Source: Pseudomonadota bacterium (GTDB lineage: Bacteria; Myxococcota_A; Bradymonadia; Bradymonadales; GCA-2716585). Taken from it: a DNA stretch of 49,031 nucleotides. The DNA lies in NCBI GenBank assembly GCA_005804885.1, contig SYOX01000371.1, positions 1-49,031 of the forward strand. The letters run 5' to 3'. Below, one piece after another: positions 8,603 to 17,477 of this stretch (positions are counted from its first letter, which is position 1; each line of letters opens with the position of its first letter). The notes beneath the pieces were generated by a model. It did not search any database. It saw nothing but the letters and a program-made list of their open reading frames with translations, and had not been told where the DNA came from. The position numbers and the translations under genes were made by a program.

Positions 8603-10234
8603 ATGAGACACCTCCTTGCACTTGCGGCCCTCGGCGCCCTCGCCCTGTCCTCCTCCCCGGCGCTGGCCTGCGGCGGCCTCTTCTGCGCCGTGGCCCAGAC
8701 CCAGCAACCCCCCGCGCCCGTCGACCAGAACGCCGAGCGCATCCTCTTCGAAGTCGACGACAAGGCCGGCACGATCTCCGCCCACGTCCAGATCTCCTAC
8801 ACCGGCGCCCCCGACTCCTTCGCCTGGATCGTCCCCCTCCCCGCCGTCCCCGCCGTCGAAGAATCCTCCATGGATCTCCTGCGCGACCTGGACGCCGCCA
8901 CCCAGCTCCGGATCGCCGCGCCGCCCGACGCCCCCTGCCAGTTCGACGACTTCGGCTTCGAAGACGACGACGACTTCGGCTGCGGCGACAACTTCGGGGA
9001 ATCCCTCGAAGGCGACTTCCTCCCCGTCGGTCGCCCCGACGCGCCGGACAAGGGCGAACCCGTCATCGTCTACGCCCAGGACGTGACCAACAACTACGAG
9101 TACGCCGTCCTCAGCGCCGAAGACCCGCTCGATCTCGTCGGCTGGCTCCAGGACTCCGGCTACAACGTCTCGGACAACATGCTGCCCGTCATCTCGCCCT
9201 ACAGCGCCGCCGGCATGAAGTTCCTGGCCGTCAAGCTGCGCGAGGGCAAGCTGGCCCAGGACATCGTCCCCCTGAAGATGACCTGGGTCTCCCCCGACGG
9301 GAAGCTCGACCCCGTCATCCCCCTCAAGCTCACCGCCGTGGCCGCCCAGCCCCTGATGGGCATCCTGGTCTTCGTCGCCGCCGACCGACCCTACCGGCCA
9401 TCCAACTTCCAGAGCTTCGAACCCAACCCCCGCGACATCCTCCTCGGCGACGCTCTCGACACCAACTACTTCGAGGCCGTCGCCCGCAAGGTCGACTTCG
9501 CCCAGGGCCGCGCCTTCATCACCGAGTACGTCGGAGACAACCCGCTCATCGACCTCACCATCGGCGGACACCGCATAGAAAGCGCCATGATCTCGCGCTT
9601 CTACACGCGCCTGAGCCCCCACCACATGACCCTCGACCCCATCTTCAGCCCGCACCCCGATCTGGCCTACCGCAAGAACACCACCCTCGACCTCTCCAGC
9701 CGACCCCCCCTGAGTGAGTGCGGCGCCCCCATCCCCGGGCGCGCCCTGTCGCCCTGCGCGGACAACTTCTGCGGCTCCGGCTCCCGCTGCGCCGAGCTCT
9801 CCAACAAGGCCGGCTGCTTCTGCCGAAACGGCCAGATCGCCCAGCGCGTCCAGGGCCCCGATCAGGGCATCAGGGTCACCTGCGCCCCGGCCACCAACCC
9901 CTTCGCCGTCACCGACGAAGCCGTCGGCGTCGGCACCGACCTCGATCCCTGCCTGGAACACCCCTGCGGCTCCGGCCAGTGCGTCGTCAAGGGCGGCTTC
10001 CCCGCCTGCCGCTGCGATCCGGGCGCGCTGGCCGTCCTGGACGGCCTCGGCCTCACCTGCACCCCCGCCCCCTCCGACATCCCCACCTTCGGCCCCGGCG
10101 CAGGCCCCGAGTCGGACACCGCCACCGCCGCCCTCACCCCGACCCACAACCCGCAAACCTCCCGCGCCTTCTCCTTCCTCCTCCCCTTCCTGCTCGCCCT
10201 CGCCTTCCCCATCGTCTGGCGCCGCCGCCTGTGA
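8603..10234 (+). CDS. secreted Cys-rich protein with EGF-like modules and a C-terminal TM + RRRL tail (sorting-signal-like)
   Basis: Signal peptide MRHLLALAALGALALSSSPALA followed by CGGLFC. Cys-rich repeats near the C-terminus (CADNFCGSGSRCAELSNKAGCFCRNGQ; CLEHPCGSGQCVVKGGFPACRCDPG). It ends FSFLLPFLLALAFPIVWRRRL, a hydrophobic helix plus a basic tail. Confidence 0.7.
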   Translation: MRHLLALAALGALALSSSPALACGGLFCAVAQTQQPPAPVDQNAERILFEVDDKAGTISAHVQISYTGAPDSFAWIVPLPAVPAVEESSMDLLRDLDAATQLRIAAPPDAPCQFDDFGFEDDDDFGCGDNFGESLEGDFLPVGRPDAPDKGEPVIVYAQDVTNNYEYAVLSAEDPLDLVGWLQDSGYNVSDNMLPVISPYSAAGMKFLAVKLREGKLAQDIVPLKMTWVSPDGKLDPVIPLKLTAVAAQPLMGILVFVAADRPYRPSNFQSFEPNPRDILLGDALDTNYFEAVARKVDFAQGRAFITEYVGDNPLIDLTIGGHRIESAMISRFYTRLSPHHMTLDPIFSPHPDLAYRKNTTLDLSSRPPLSECGAPIPGRALSPCADNFCGSGSRCAELSNKAGCFCRNGQIAQRVQGPDQGIRVTCAPATNPFAVTDEAVGVGTDLDPCLEHPCGSGQCVVKGGFPACRCDPGALAVLDGLGLTCTPAPSDIPTFGPGAGPESDTATAALTPTHNPQTSRAFSFLLPFLLALAFPIVWRRRL

Positions 10235-10305
10235 CCCAGGGGCGCCTCCACCGTCCTGTTGAAAAAAAACACGACATCGAAGATCCTCTGCGAGCGCGCG
10301 GCGTT

Positions 10306-10373
10306 TCGAAGCCGTCGGCGACTCGAAGCCGTCAACGACTCGAAGCCATCGGCGACTCCAAGCCGTCGGCGAC
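10306..10373. repeat. 4 x 17-bp imperfect tandem direct repeat (TCGAAGCCGTCGGCGAC) in the intergenic region upstream of the 10485 gene
   Basis: Units read directly: tcgaagccgtcggcgac / tcgaagccgtcaacgac / tcgaagccatcggcgac / tccaagccgtcggcgac. The 17-nt period is not a multiple of 3, and the array lies between two genes. Confidence 0.8.
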
Positions 10374-10484
10374 CTTCCTTTGAACGACGGCCACGGACCG
10401 TCCATAAAATTCCGGAACAAACACGCGCGGCTGGACACCCACAGAGAGCGGCGAACCACCCCACGGGCTTGAGGAGAGCGAGAC

Positions 10485-11306
10485 ATGAGCATCAAGAACA
10501 ACAAGGGCGAGAGCGCGACCAACCTCCTGTCCGACATCCTCGAAGAGACCCGAGATCCCGCCCTTGAGGAGAGGCGCCGCCTCGAAGCCGCCCGCCAGGC
10601 CCGAGAGGCCGAAGAGATCGCCCGCGAAGACCGCAAGAGAGCCGAGCTCCAGGCCCGCGCCCAGGCCCAGATCCTCGCCGAGCGCGACCGGCGCCACCAG
10701 GCCGCCCAGCGCCGCTCCGATCTGATGCGCGTCATCGAAGGACCCAGCCAGGAAGAGCTCGACGCCATCGCGCGCGCCGAGCTGGAGACCCGCAAGCGGG
10801 CCGAGATCCAGGCCCGCCTCGAAGCCGCCGAGATCGCCCGCGCCGAGGCCGAGCGCAAGGCCGAGGCCGCCGAGCGCCTCGCCCGCCAGCGAGAAGCCCA
10901 GCGCCTCGACGCCCTGGCCAACGCCCCCGCGCCGGCCCCCCAGGGCCGCAGCCGGCTCGCGCTGGGGATCGCCGCTGCCGCGATGTCCTTCGCCGCGCTG
11001 CTGCTCGTCGGCGGCCTGGCCACCGGGATCATCCTCCACCAGCAGCGCGCCCCCGAGGCGATGACCTTCAGCAAGGCCACCCCGCTGCCCCTCCTGGTCC
11101 AGAGCGAGGGCGCCATCGCCGGCTTCGTCGAGATCCCCGCCCCCCAGGACGACCCCGCGCCCAACAACCGCAACCGCACCAACCGCAACAACCGCAACAA
11201 CGCCAACCGCAACAACGGCGCCAACAACGGCAACCGCGGCAACACGCCCACCTTCAACATCGGCAACATCGACGGCGACGACGTCTTCCGCGGCGGCAAG
11301 GAGTAA
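10485..11306 (+). CDS. hypothetical coiled-coil membrane protein with an Asn/Arg-rich low-complexity C-terminal tail
   Basis: ATG at 10485. Charged E/R/A-rich coiled-coil N-terminal half. One TM helix (LALGIAAAAMSFAALLLVGGLATGIIL). Tail NNRNRTNRNNRNNANRNNGANNGNRGN. Confidence 0.6.
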   Translation: MSIKNNKGESATNLLSDILEETRDPALEERRRLEAARQAREAEEIAREDRKRAELQARAQAQILAERDRRHQAAQRRSDLMRVIEGPSQEELDAIARAELETRKRAEIQARLEAAEIARAEAERKAEAAERLARQREAQRLDALANAPAPAPQGRSRLALGIAAAAMSFAALLLVGGLATGIILHQQRAPEAMTFSKATPLPLLVQSEGAIAGFVEIPAPQDDPAPNNRNRTNRNNRNNANRNNGANNGNRGNTPTFNIGNIDGDDVFRGGKE

Positions 11307-11402
11307 GCCCAGGCCCCCTCGTCGCCTTGGATTGACTCCCTCCTCCTTTTCCCCGACAGTACGCGGTCGAGAGCGGGATCCAACCCCCTCAGGAGGGAAA
11401 AA

Positions 11403-11999
11403 ATGAAGAAAGTCATCGCCATCGCCTTCATCGCGGCCGCGCTCGCGGCCTGCCAGAGCAGCCAGACGACCGCAGACGCCCCCCCCGCGGCGGCCACCGA
11501 CCCGGCGCCCCTGGGCGCCGTCGAGGCAGCCCCCGAGAAGGCCGAGGCCCCGGCTGAGGCGCCCGCGTCGGCCCCCTCGACCGCCGCCACGGAGCAGCCC
11601 ACCGAGTCGACCGGCCACTTCGGCGGCCCCTTCACCCTGCAGGAGGCCACGCCCGTCTCTGCCGTGATCGAGAAGCACGCCGATCACATCGGCAAGACCA
11701 TCAAGGTCACCGGGACGGTCAACAGCGTGTGCAAGAAGAAGGGCTGCTGGATGGTCCTCCAGAGCGAGCAGGAGGGCCAGCAGATGGTCCGCATCACCAT
11801 GAAGGACTACGGCTTCTTCGTCCCGAAGGACTGCGACGGCAAGAAGGCCGTCGTCGAGGGCGTCCTGGAGAGCAAGGAGGTCTCCGAGGAGATGCGCAAG
11901 CACCTGGCCGAGGACAAGGGCGAGGATCCCTCGGGCATCAAGGGCTCCGAGGTGGAGCTGCGCATCGTCGCCACCGGCATCGACATCGCCGGGGGCTGA
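11403..11999 (+). CDS. DUF4920-family lipoprotein
   Basis: Strong SD (AGGAGGGAAAAAATG). Lipoprotein signal MKKVIAIAFIAAALAAC. Conserved VCKKKGCWMVL (the CxxxGCW signature of DUF4920). Ala/Pro-rich linker. Confidence 0.75.
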   Translation: MKKVIAIAFIAAALAACQSSQTTADAPPAAATDPAPLGAVEAAPEKAEAPAEAPASAPSTAATEQPTESTGHFGGPFTLQEATPVSAVIEKHADHIGKTIKVTGTVNSVCKKKGCWMVLQSEQEGQQMVRITMKDYGFFVPKDCDGKKAVVEGVLESKEVSEEMRKHLAEDKGEDPSGIKGSEVELRIVATGIDIAGG

Positions 12000-12126
12000 G
12001 CCGCGCCCAGCGCCCATCCAGGCCGGGTGGAAGGGTCCTGGGGCAGACGGGCGCCCAGGCTTCGCCGCGAGGCTTGCGAAGACGGGTCGGTGTGCTAACC
12101 TTGACGAGTCAACAGGAGGACAGACC

Positions 12127-12279
12127 ATGAGCGCAGCCCAGGACAAGAAGATCATCCCCCTCAAGCCCCTGATCGAGCCCACCCCCGCCGAGAAGGCGCT
12201 GGCGGAGATCAAGGCCGACGCCCGCAAGGACGCCGAAAAATACCTGCGCGAGACCGTCGTCCCCGAAGGCGGCGAGTAG
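12127..12279 (+). CDS. small hypothetical protein (50 aa), not in the supplied ORF track
   Basis: ATG at 12127 preceded by AGGAGGA at 6-nt spacing. Encodes MSAAQDKKIIPLKPLIEPTPAEKALAEIKADARKDAEKYLRETVVPEGGE and ends in TAG. High GC3. Confidence 0.35.
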   Translation: MSAAQDKKIIPLKPLIEPTPAEKALAEIKADARKDAEKYLRETVVPEGGE

Positions 12280-12377
12280 CGTCCCCAGACCCCGCCTCAC
12301 ATTTGCCCGCGGCCTCGCCTCCTGCTATGACCAGAGCATCACCGACGTGACTGGCTGGTCACTGTGCAGGGCGCTGC

Positions 12378-13052
12378 ATGTCAACCTCACCATCGACCTC
12401 GCCTGGTGGCTTCAAGGCGTGGCTGGGCCGCTTCACCCTCAAGGTGCTGGGCTGGAAGTCCGAGGGCTCCCCGCCCGAGGCGCCCGGCTACGTCATCATC
12501 GCCGCGCCCCACACGAGCAACTGGGATCTGATCTTCCTGCTGGCCTTCGCCTTCCGCTTCGGCATCAAGATCTCGTGGATGGGCAAGCAGAGCCTCTTCA
12601 GGCCGCCCTTCGGGGGCTTCATGCGGTGGCTCGGCGGCGTCCCCGTCGACCGGAGCGCGCGCCACGACATGGTCCAGCAGATGATCGCGGCCTTCGGCCT
12701 CGACCCCACGCTCAAGCTGGCCGTCCCCCCCTCGGGCACGCGCGGCTTCCAACCCTTCTGGAAGACCGGCTTCTACCACATCGCCCGCGGCGCGCAGGTC
12801 CCCGTCGCCACGGGCTTCCTCGATTACCAGCGCAAGGCCGGCGGCTTCGGCCCGCCCCTGATCCCTTCCGGCGACATCGAGGCCGACATGGCGATCCTGC
12901 GGGCCTTCTACGGCCCCATCCAGGGCAAATATCCAAGGAATACCAACACGATACAGATCAGGCCCGGCGATCCGGCGGCGGCGGCGCCTGAAGGGGCGAA
13001 GGCCGACCAGACCCAGAGCGCAGAGCGCGAGGATCAAGCCCCGAAGGCTTGA
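12378..13052 (+). CDS. lysophospholipid (1-acyl-sn-glycerol-3-phosphate) acyltransferase-like protein (PlsC/LPLAT family)
   Basis: HxxxxD acyltransferase motif (APHTSNWD) plus the downstream FPEGTR-like region (PPSGTRGF). A GTGAC-N6-GTCAC inverted repeat lies just upstream. Confidence 0.7.
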   Translation: MSTSPSTSPGGFKAWLGRFTLKVLGWKSEGSPPEAPGYVIIAAPHTSNWDLIFLLAFAFRFGIKISWMGKQSLFRPPFGGFMRWLGGVPVDRSARHDMVQQMIAAFGLDPTLKLAVPPSGTRGFQPFWKTGFYHIARGAQVPVATGFLDYQRKAGGFGPPLIPSGDIEADMAILRAFYGPIQGKYPRNTNTIQIRPGDPAAAAPEGAKADQTQSAEREDQAPKA

Positions 13053-13102
13053 GGGGCGTCGTGGTCAGGGCGCCGACACCGTGGTCGGGGCGCCCGAGGC
13101 CC

Positions 13103-14878
13103 TCAGTAGACCTTGACCGAGGTCGGGTCGATCTTCTCCAGCGCGTCGAGGAACTCGTCGGCGCTGGCGAAGCGCTCTCGATAGTCCCGCGCCAGCGCCT
13201 TGGTGAGCACCGGGCCGAGCGGGCCTGCCATCAGCGCGGGGGGCAGATCGAGCTGGCCGGACAGGTGGCGGCGCAGGCACTTCATGACCGTATCCTCGTC
13301 GACGACGGGAGCGCCGGTGAGCATCTCCACGAGGACGAGCCCGATCTGGTAGATGTCCAGCTGCGGCTTGACGATCAGCTCCAGGACGTACTCCGGGGCC
13401 GCGTAGGTCGGGGTGCAGACGGGCCGCCCGGTGAGCGTCAGGCGCCCGACGGTGTCCTCCACCCCCGCGATGCCGAAGTCCGTGATCTTGATGATCTCCC
13501 GGCCTCGGCGATCCTCGACCAGGAAGAGGTTGGAGGGCTTGAGATCCTTGTGGATGATCCCCTTGCGGTGGACCTCGGACAGCGCGTCCAGGCAACCCCT
13601 GATCAGCCCAAACGCCCGCGTGGGCATCATCCCGCCCTGCTCCGCCAGCACATGCTCCAGATCGTCGCCGACCAGCCGCTCCATGACCATGAAGGGCTGC
13701 CGGGTCCGCTTGATGAGCCCATAATGGTGGACGACCACGACGTTGGGGTGATCGATCTGGGCCGCCGAGCGCGCCTCGCGCATGAAGCGGGCCTCGAACT
13801 CGGCGCGGTTGGCCCTCTTGGGGTTGTCGGTCATCACCTTGATCGCCACAGGGCGATCGATGCCGTGCTGCACGCCCTCGTAGACGATCGCGAAGCCGCC
13901 CCGCCCTATCTCCGACCGGATCTCGTAGACGTCGGCCAGCACCGTCCCCAGCGGCAAGCTCCCCCGCAAGGCGCCATCGTCCGCGGGCTCGGCGGTCGTC
14001 GAAACCCCTTCGATGCGCTCAAGCTCAAGGAGGAATTGACCGGCGTCGGTCAGCCTGTTGCGGGGATCCGGCGCCAGGGCGCGCTCCAGCAGCTCGCCCA
14101 GCTCGCCCAGGTGCAGCGCCTGCGACAGGGTCATGTTGTCCCCGACCATCGCGCTCCTGAGCCGGTCGATCTCGTCCTCCCCCGACAGCGGCCGCTCGCC
14201 GTTGAGCATCTCGATGAGGATCAGCCCCATCTGGTACACGTCCATCGACGGGCCCACCTCGCCATCGAGCTTGTACTCCGGCGGCAGGTGGGCCGGCAGC
14301 CGCTTGAGCCGACCGCCGTCGACGAGCTGGGCGATGAGCCGCTCCTCAACCCCCCCCAGGCCAAAGCCCGTCAGCTGGAGCGACTCGTTGGCCTCGCCGG
14401 GCTTCAACAGGCGGATCGACGAGGGCTTGATCCCCCGATGGACGAGGCCCTCCTTGTGCGCCAGCGCAAGCCCCTGGAGCAACTCAAGGAAGAGCCGCAT
14501 CGCGCGGGTCCGCTGCATGCGCCCGTAGCGGCGCAGCTGATCGCGCAGGGTCAGATCCGGGGGCATGTCTGTCACGATGTAGGGCAGCGGCCCCGAGGGG
14601 CGGTTCTCGACCCCGGAGGCCAGCACCCGCAGGATGCCAGGGTGATCGATGCGGGCCGCGCGCCGGGCGTCCGCGAGCATCTCCTGGGTGAGCCGCTCGC
14701 GCAGCCCGACGTCCTGCGGCATCGACGGACAGAAGATCGCCACCGTCCGACCCATCGCCCGCGAGTGCGCGCTCCAGATCGACACGTGGCTGCCCATGCT
14801 GCTCGGCAAGGACACACCAAGCTCGTAGCGCCCGTCCACCAAAGCGCCCGAGGAGAGCTTCGTCAAGGTCCACTTCAA
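13103..14878 (-). CDS. tandem pseudokinase-kinase Ser/Thr protein kinase (two Hanks-type domains)
   Basis: C-terminal domain is canonical: GRGGFAIVYEG, VAIKV, HKDLKPSNLF, DFGIA, APE. N-terminal domain is degenerate: HRGIKPSS, TGFGLG, no Gly-loop consensus. The first in-frame start is TTG at 14878, so the exact start is uncertain. Confidence 0.85.
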   Translation of the reverse strand: MKWTLTKLSSGALVDGRYELGVSLPSSMGSHVSIWSAHSRAMGRTVAIFCPSMPQDVGLRERLTQEMLADARRAARIDHPGILRVLASGVENRPSGPLPYIVTDMPPDLTLRDQLRRYGRMQRTRAMRLFLELLQGLALAHKEGLVHRGIKPSSIRLLKPGEANESLQLTGFGLGGVEERLIAQLVDGGRLKRLPAHLPPEYKLDGEVGPSMDVYQMGLILIEMLNGERPLSGEDEIDRLRSAMVGDNMTLSQALHLGELGELLERALAPDPRNRLTDAGQFLLELERIEGVSTTAEPADDGALRGSLPLGTVLADVYEIRSEIGRGGFAIVYEGVQHGIDRPVAIKVMTDNPKRANRAEFEARFMREARSAAQIDHPNVVVVHHYGLIKRTRQPFMVMERLVGDDLEHVLAEQGGMMPTRAFGLIRGCLDALSEVHRKGIIHKDLKPSNLFLVEDRRGREIIKITDFGIAGVEDTVGRLTLTGRPVCTPTYAAPEYVLELIVKPQLDIYQIGLVLVEMLTGAPVVDEDTVMKCLRRHLSGQLDLPPALMAGPLGPVLTKALARDYRERFASADEFLDALEKIDPTSVKVY

Positions 14879-15045
14879 AGCAAGTTCAACCTGTCTTCAC
14901 ATAAAGGGATTGAAGGCGCTCCTTGCGACATTGTCCTACATGCCATGAGGATGCGCAAGCCCCGCGCCCTCTTCCATTCGGGTTCTTGACCGCGCGGTTG
15001 ACATCAACAACCCGCTTCGCTCCGATCCAGGGCGAGGTGAAGACC

Positions 15046-15318
15046 GTGAAGGAGCTGTCCAAGGACATCGTCGAGGCGCTGCTGACCCACCAGCGGCCCA
15101 TGAGCCGCATGGAGCTGGTCGGGGCGCTCCAGACCACCATCCGGCGCCTCGCCCCGGCGCTCGACGCCCTGGTCGAGGAGGGCCACCTCCTTCGCCTCGT
15201 CGAGCGCGTCGGCACCCTCGACGTGGGCCTCCGGATCGGCGTCGAGCAGACCACCTACTGGATCGCGCCGCCGCGCCTGCTGACCCCGCCTGCCCGCGAC
15301 CCGGACGAGGGCGCATGA
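15046..15318 (+). CDS. possible small winged-helix-like protein (about 90 aa), divergent from the kinase gene
   Basis: GTG start preceded by GAGGTGA. Sequence KELSKDIVEALLTHQRPMSRMELVGALQTTIRRLAPALDALVEEGHLLRLVER resembles a wHTH. Very high GC3. The start is ambiguous (GTG at 15037 or 15046). Confidence 0.4.
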   Translation: MKELSKDIVEALLTHQRPMSRMELVGALQTTIRRLAPALDALVEEGHLLRLVERVGTLDVGLRIGVEQTTYWIAPPRLLTPPARDPDEGA

Positions 15319-15378
15319 GCCGCGGGCGCGCCACCCCAGCGGGGGCAAGGCCCCACGCGGCCAGACAATCCGCGGCGC

Positions 15379-16410
15379 TCAACGCTCCTCGACCTCGCGC
15401 TTCTTGTGCGAGCCCTCAAACCAGTCCGAGCGCAGGCGGCGCTTGAAGCCCGAGGCGAAGAGGCAGTCGCGCAGCGCGTTGTGCTCGCGCGTGACGGCGC
15501 TGTGGCCCAGCCGGGTGCGGATGAAGATCGCGCGGCCCTCGGTGAGCTGGGCGCGCGTGAGCTGACCCTCGCTCTCCTCGTGGAGCGTCTCGATGCCATC
15601 CTCCTGAAGCTGCTTCATCAGGCGCAGGCTCTGCTGACGGACGCTGGCGCCGGCGTAGAAGCAGACGAGCTTGTGGCCCTTGTCGCCCTTGAGCTTCTTC
15701 GTCGCCACCACCCAGTCCCGGAAGTAGCTCGTGTCCCCATAGAGCGAGTCGAAGAGGTAGACCTCCTTGACGTCGAAGCCGCCGTGGCGAAGGCATTGCG
15801 CCGCGACGTGGTAGCCGCCCGAGTGGGACGAGAGCGCCACGCGCCCGATCCGGGCGCGCCCCCGCAAGGCCGCCCGACCCAGCCCTCGGTTGACCTCCCT
15901 GAGCTGGAGGGTCTTGCGCAGATCGGTCAGGAAGCGCAGCAGCCCGTCGGGCTGGCCGAGCTTGCCCCCGCTGCCGTCCGAGGCGTTCATCGGGCCCTGG
16001 GGCATGATCAGGATCGCGTTCTGCTTGCTCTCGAAGAACTGCTCGCGCAGCTGGTGATCGCCCATCGCCTGGCGGGCGCTGGTCCCGTGGCCGTGGAAGT
16101 GGATCACGAGGTCGACCAGGCCCGAGCCCGGCATCCTGTAATGGTGGGGCACGAAGGCGATCGTCGTCGAGTCCTTGTAGGGCTTGCCGGGGTAGGGGAA
16201 GGGCGCCTGCTCAAGCTCCATGAAGATCGTCGTGCCGTTCTTGCCCTTCTTGATCTCCACCACCTTCGAGCCGCCTTCGGCCGCTTGCGCGCTCCACGGC
16301 ACGCCCGCGACACACGCCCCGAAGCCCGCCCCCAACAGACCCAACACCGATCGCCTCGTCAACACCTTTGTCAACACCATCAACCCCAAGTTGTTTGAAT
16401 CTAAAGACAT
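15379..16410 (-). CDS. Tat-secreted putative alpha/beta-fold hydrolase
   Basis: Twin-arginine signal (LTRRSVLGLLGAGFGACVAGVPWSAQAAEG). HFHGHG and SHSGG (GxSxG-like) motifs. Start chosen at the internal ATG with a GAGG SD. An alternative ATG lies 30 nt downstream. Confidence 0.6.
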   Translation of the reverse strand: MSLDSNNLGLMVLTKVLTRRSVLGLLGAGFGACVAGVPWSAQAAEGGSKVVEIKKGKNGTTIFMELEQAPFPYPGKPYKDSTTIAFVPHHYRMPGSGLVDLVIHFHGHGTSARQAMGDHQLREQFFESKQNAILIMPQGPMNASDGSGGKLGQPDGLLRFLTDLRKTLQLREVNRGLGRAALRGRARIGRVALSSHSGGYHVAAQCLRHGGFDVKEVYLFDSLYGDTSYFRDWVVATKKLKGDKGHKLVCFYAGASVRQQSLRLMKQLQEDGIETLHEESEGQLTRAQLTEGRAIFIRTRLGHSAVTREHNALRDCLFASGFKRRLRSDWFEGSHKKREVEER

Positions 16411-16553
16411 TCGCCTCACAAGGGCGCCCTGGCCACCCCACTGTCGCACAATCGGCGCGGGCGCTTCAAGTTGCACCCCGCGTGGACTCATGCACAATGG
16501 GCCTGCCGTCCGCCCTGGGCCCGCGGCCCATCAACACCACGCACAGGCCCAGA

Positions 16554-17465
16554 ATGCCCCGCCCGCTCCCTTCGGCGACCTCCCCTCCCCCTGCCCTCGC
16601 CCGGCTGGCCGCGCTGGCGGCCCTGGCGGCGCTGGTCGCGGCGGCCCAGGGCTGCCCCGGACCCGGCGCCTCCGCGGGGCGCTCGGGCTCCTCCAACAGC
16701 GCCCGCCCTGCCGACCTCAAGGTCCGCCCCGAGCGACCCGTGGGGAGACACCCTGGCCCTTGCGCGCGCACACGCCAAGGCTCGGGCGCGGCCGAGGTCG
16801 TCCGCTACGGCTACAGCGCGCAGGGGGATCTCGTCGAGGAGTCGTGGGACATGGGGGGGGACGGGCGCGCGGACTATCGGGTGCGCTACCGGCGCGGGGA
16901 CTGGGGCCAGGCCCTGGAGCGCCGCAGGGACGAGGGCGGCGACGACACCACCTATCAGGTCACGACCTACACCTACGACAGCCGGGGGCGCGAGATCGAG
17001 CGCCTGACGGACGAGGGCGGCGCCCGTCGCCTGCTCCGCACGACCTGGGACGATCAGGACAGGCCCGCGCGCATCGATCTCTTCGCCCCCGATGAGGCCC
17101 GCACGCTGCAAAGGACGGCCATCGACCGCGCCAAGGGCCGCACCGTCCACCTCATCGACCTCGACGGCGACGGCGACGACGACGAGGTCATCGAGGCGAT
17201 CCTCGACGAGCAGGGCCTGGAGCTGTCCCGCCGCCACGTGCGCGCCGACAAGGGCGAGGTCATCCTCGTGGAGAGGTCCACCTACGACGCGCGGGGGCGT
17301 CGGAGCCGCCTGGAGATCGACGCGGGCGGGGACGGCACCGTGGAGCGCGACGAGAGATTCGTCCACGACGACCTGGGCAACCTGCTGACCCACGCCGTCG
17401 ACGACAACCAGGATCGCATCCCCGACTTCCGCTACGAGTACGATTACGGCTGCTGGTCGCGCTGA
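16554..17465 (+). CDS. hypothetical lipoprotein with YD/RHS-like repeats
   Basis: Internal ATG giving MPRPLPSATSPPPALARLAALAALAALVAAAQGC (lipobox-like). Repeats of the form YQVTTYTYDSRGREIERLTDEGG and DLDGDGDDDEV. Confidence 0.5.
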   Translation: MPRPLPSATSPPPALARLAALAALAALVAAAQGCPGPGASAGRSGSSNSARPADLKVRPERPVGRHPGPCARTRQGSGAAEVVRYGYSAQGDLVEESWDMGGDGRADYRVRYRRGDWGQALERRRDEGGDDTTYQVTTYTYDSRGREIERLTDEGGARRLLRTTWDDQDRPARIDLFAPDEARTLQRTAIDRAKGRTVHLIDLDGDGDDDEVIEAILDEQGLELSRRHVRADKGEVILVERSTYDARGRRSRLEIDAGGDGTVERDERFVHDDLGNLLTHAVDDNQDRIPDFRYEYDYGCWSR

Positions 17466-17477
17466 CTTGCGGCGCGC

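Noticed and set aside
8045-11650. 1201-aa minus-strand ORF (and 10332..12227 minus) antisense to three plus-strand genes
   Set aside because: Spans three independently supported plus-strand genes that have signal peptides, lipoboxes and SDs. It is a shadow ORF.
13049-14989. 646-aa plus-strand ORF antisense to the Ser/Thr kinase
   Set aside because: The minus strand carries complete Hanks kinase motifs (HKDLKPSN, DFG, APE). The plus ORF is featureless.
14923-15045. First ATG of ORF 14923..15318 (MRHCPTCHEDAQAPRPLPFGFLTARL...) as the start of the small wHTH-like protein
   Set aside because: The N-terminal 40 codons have no SD and an odd composition. The GTG at about 15046, with its GAGGTGA SD, gives a compact wHTH-like product. 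Even so, the gene itself is only moderately supported.
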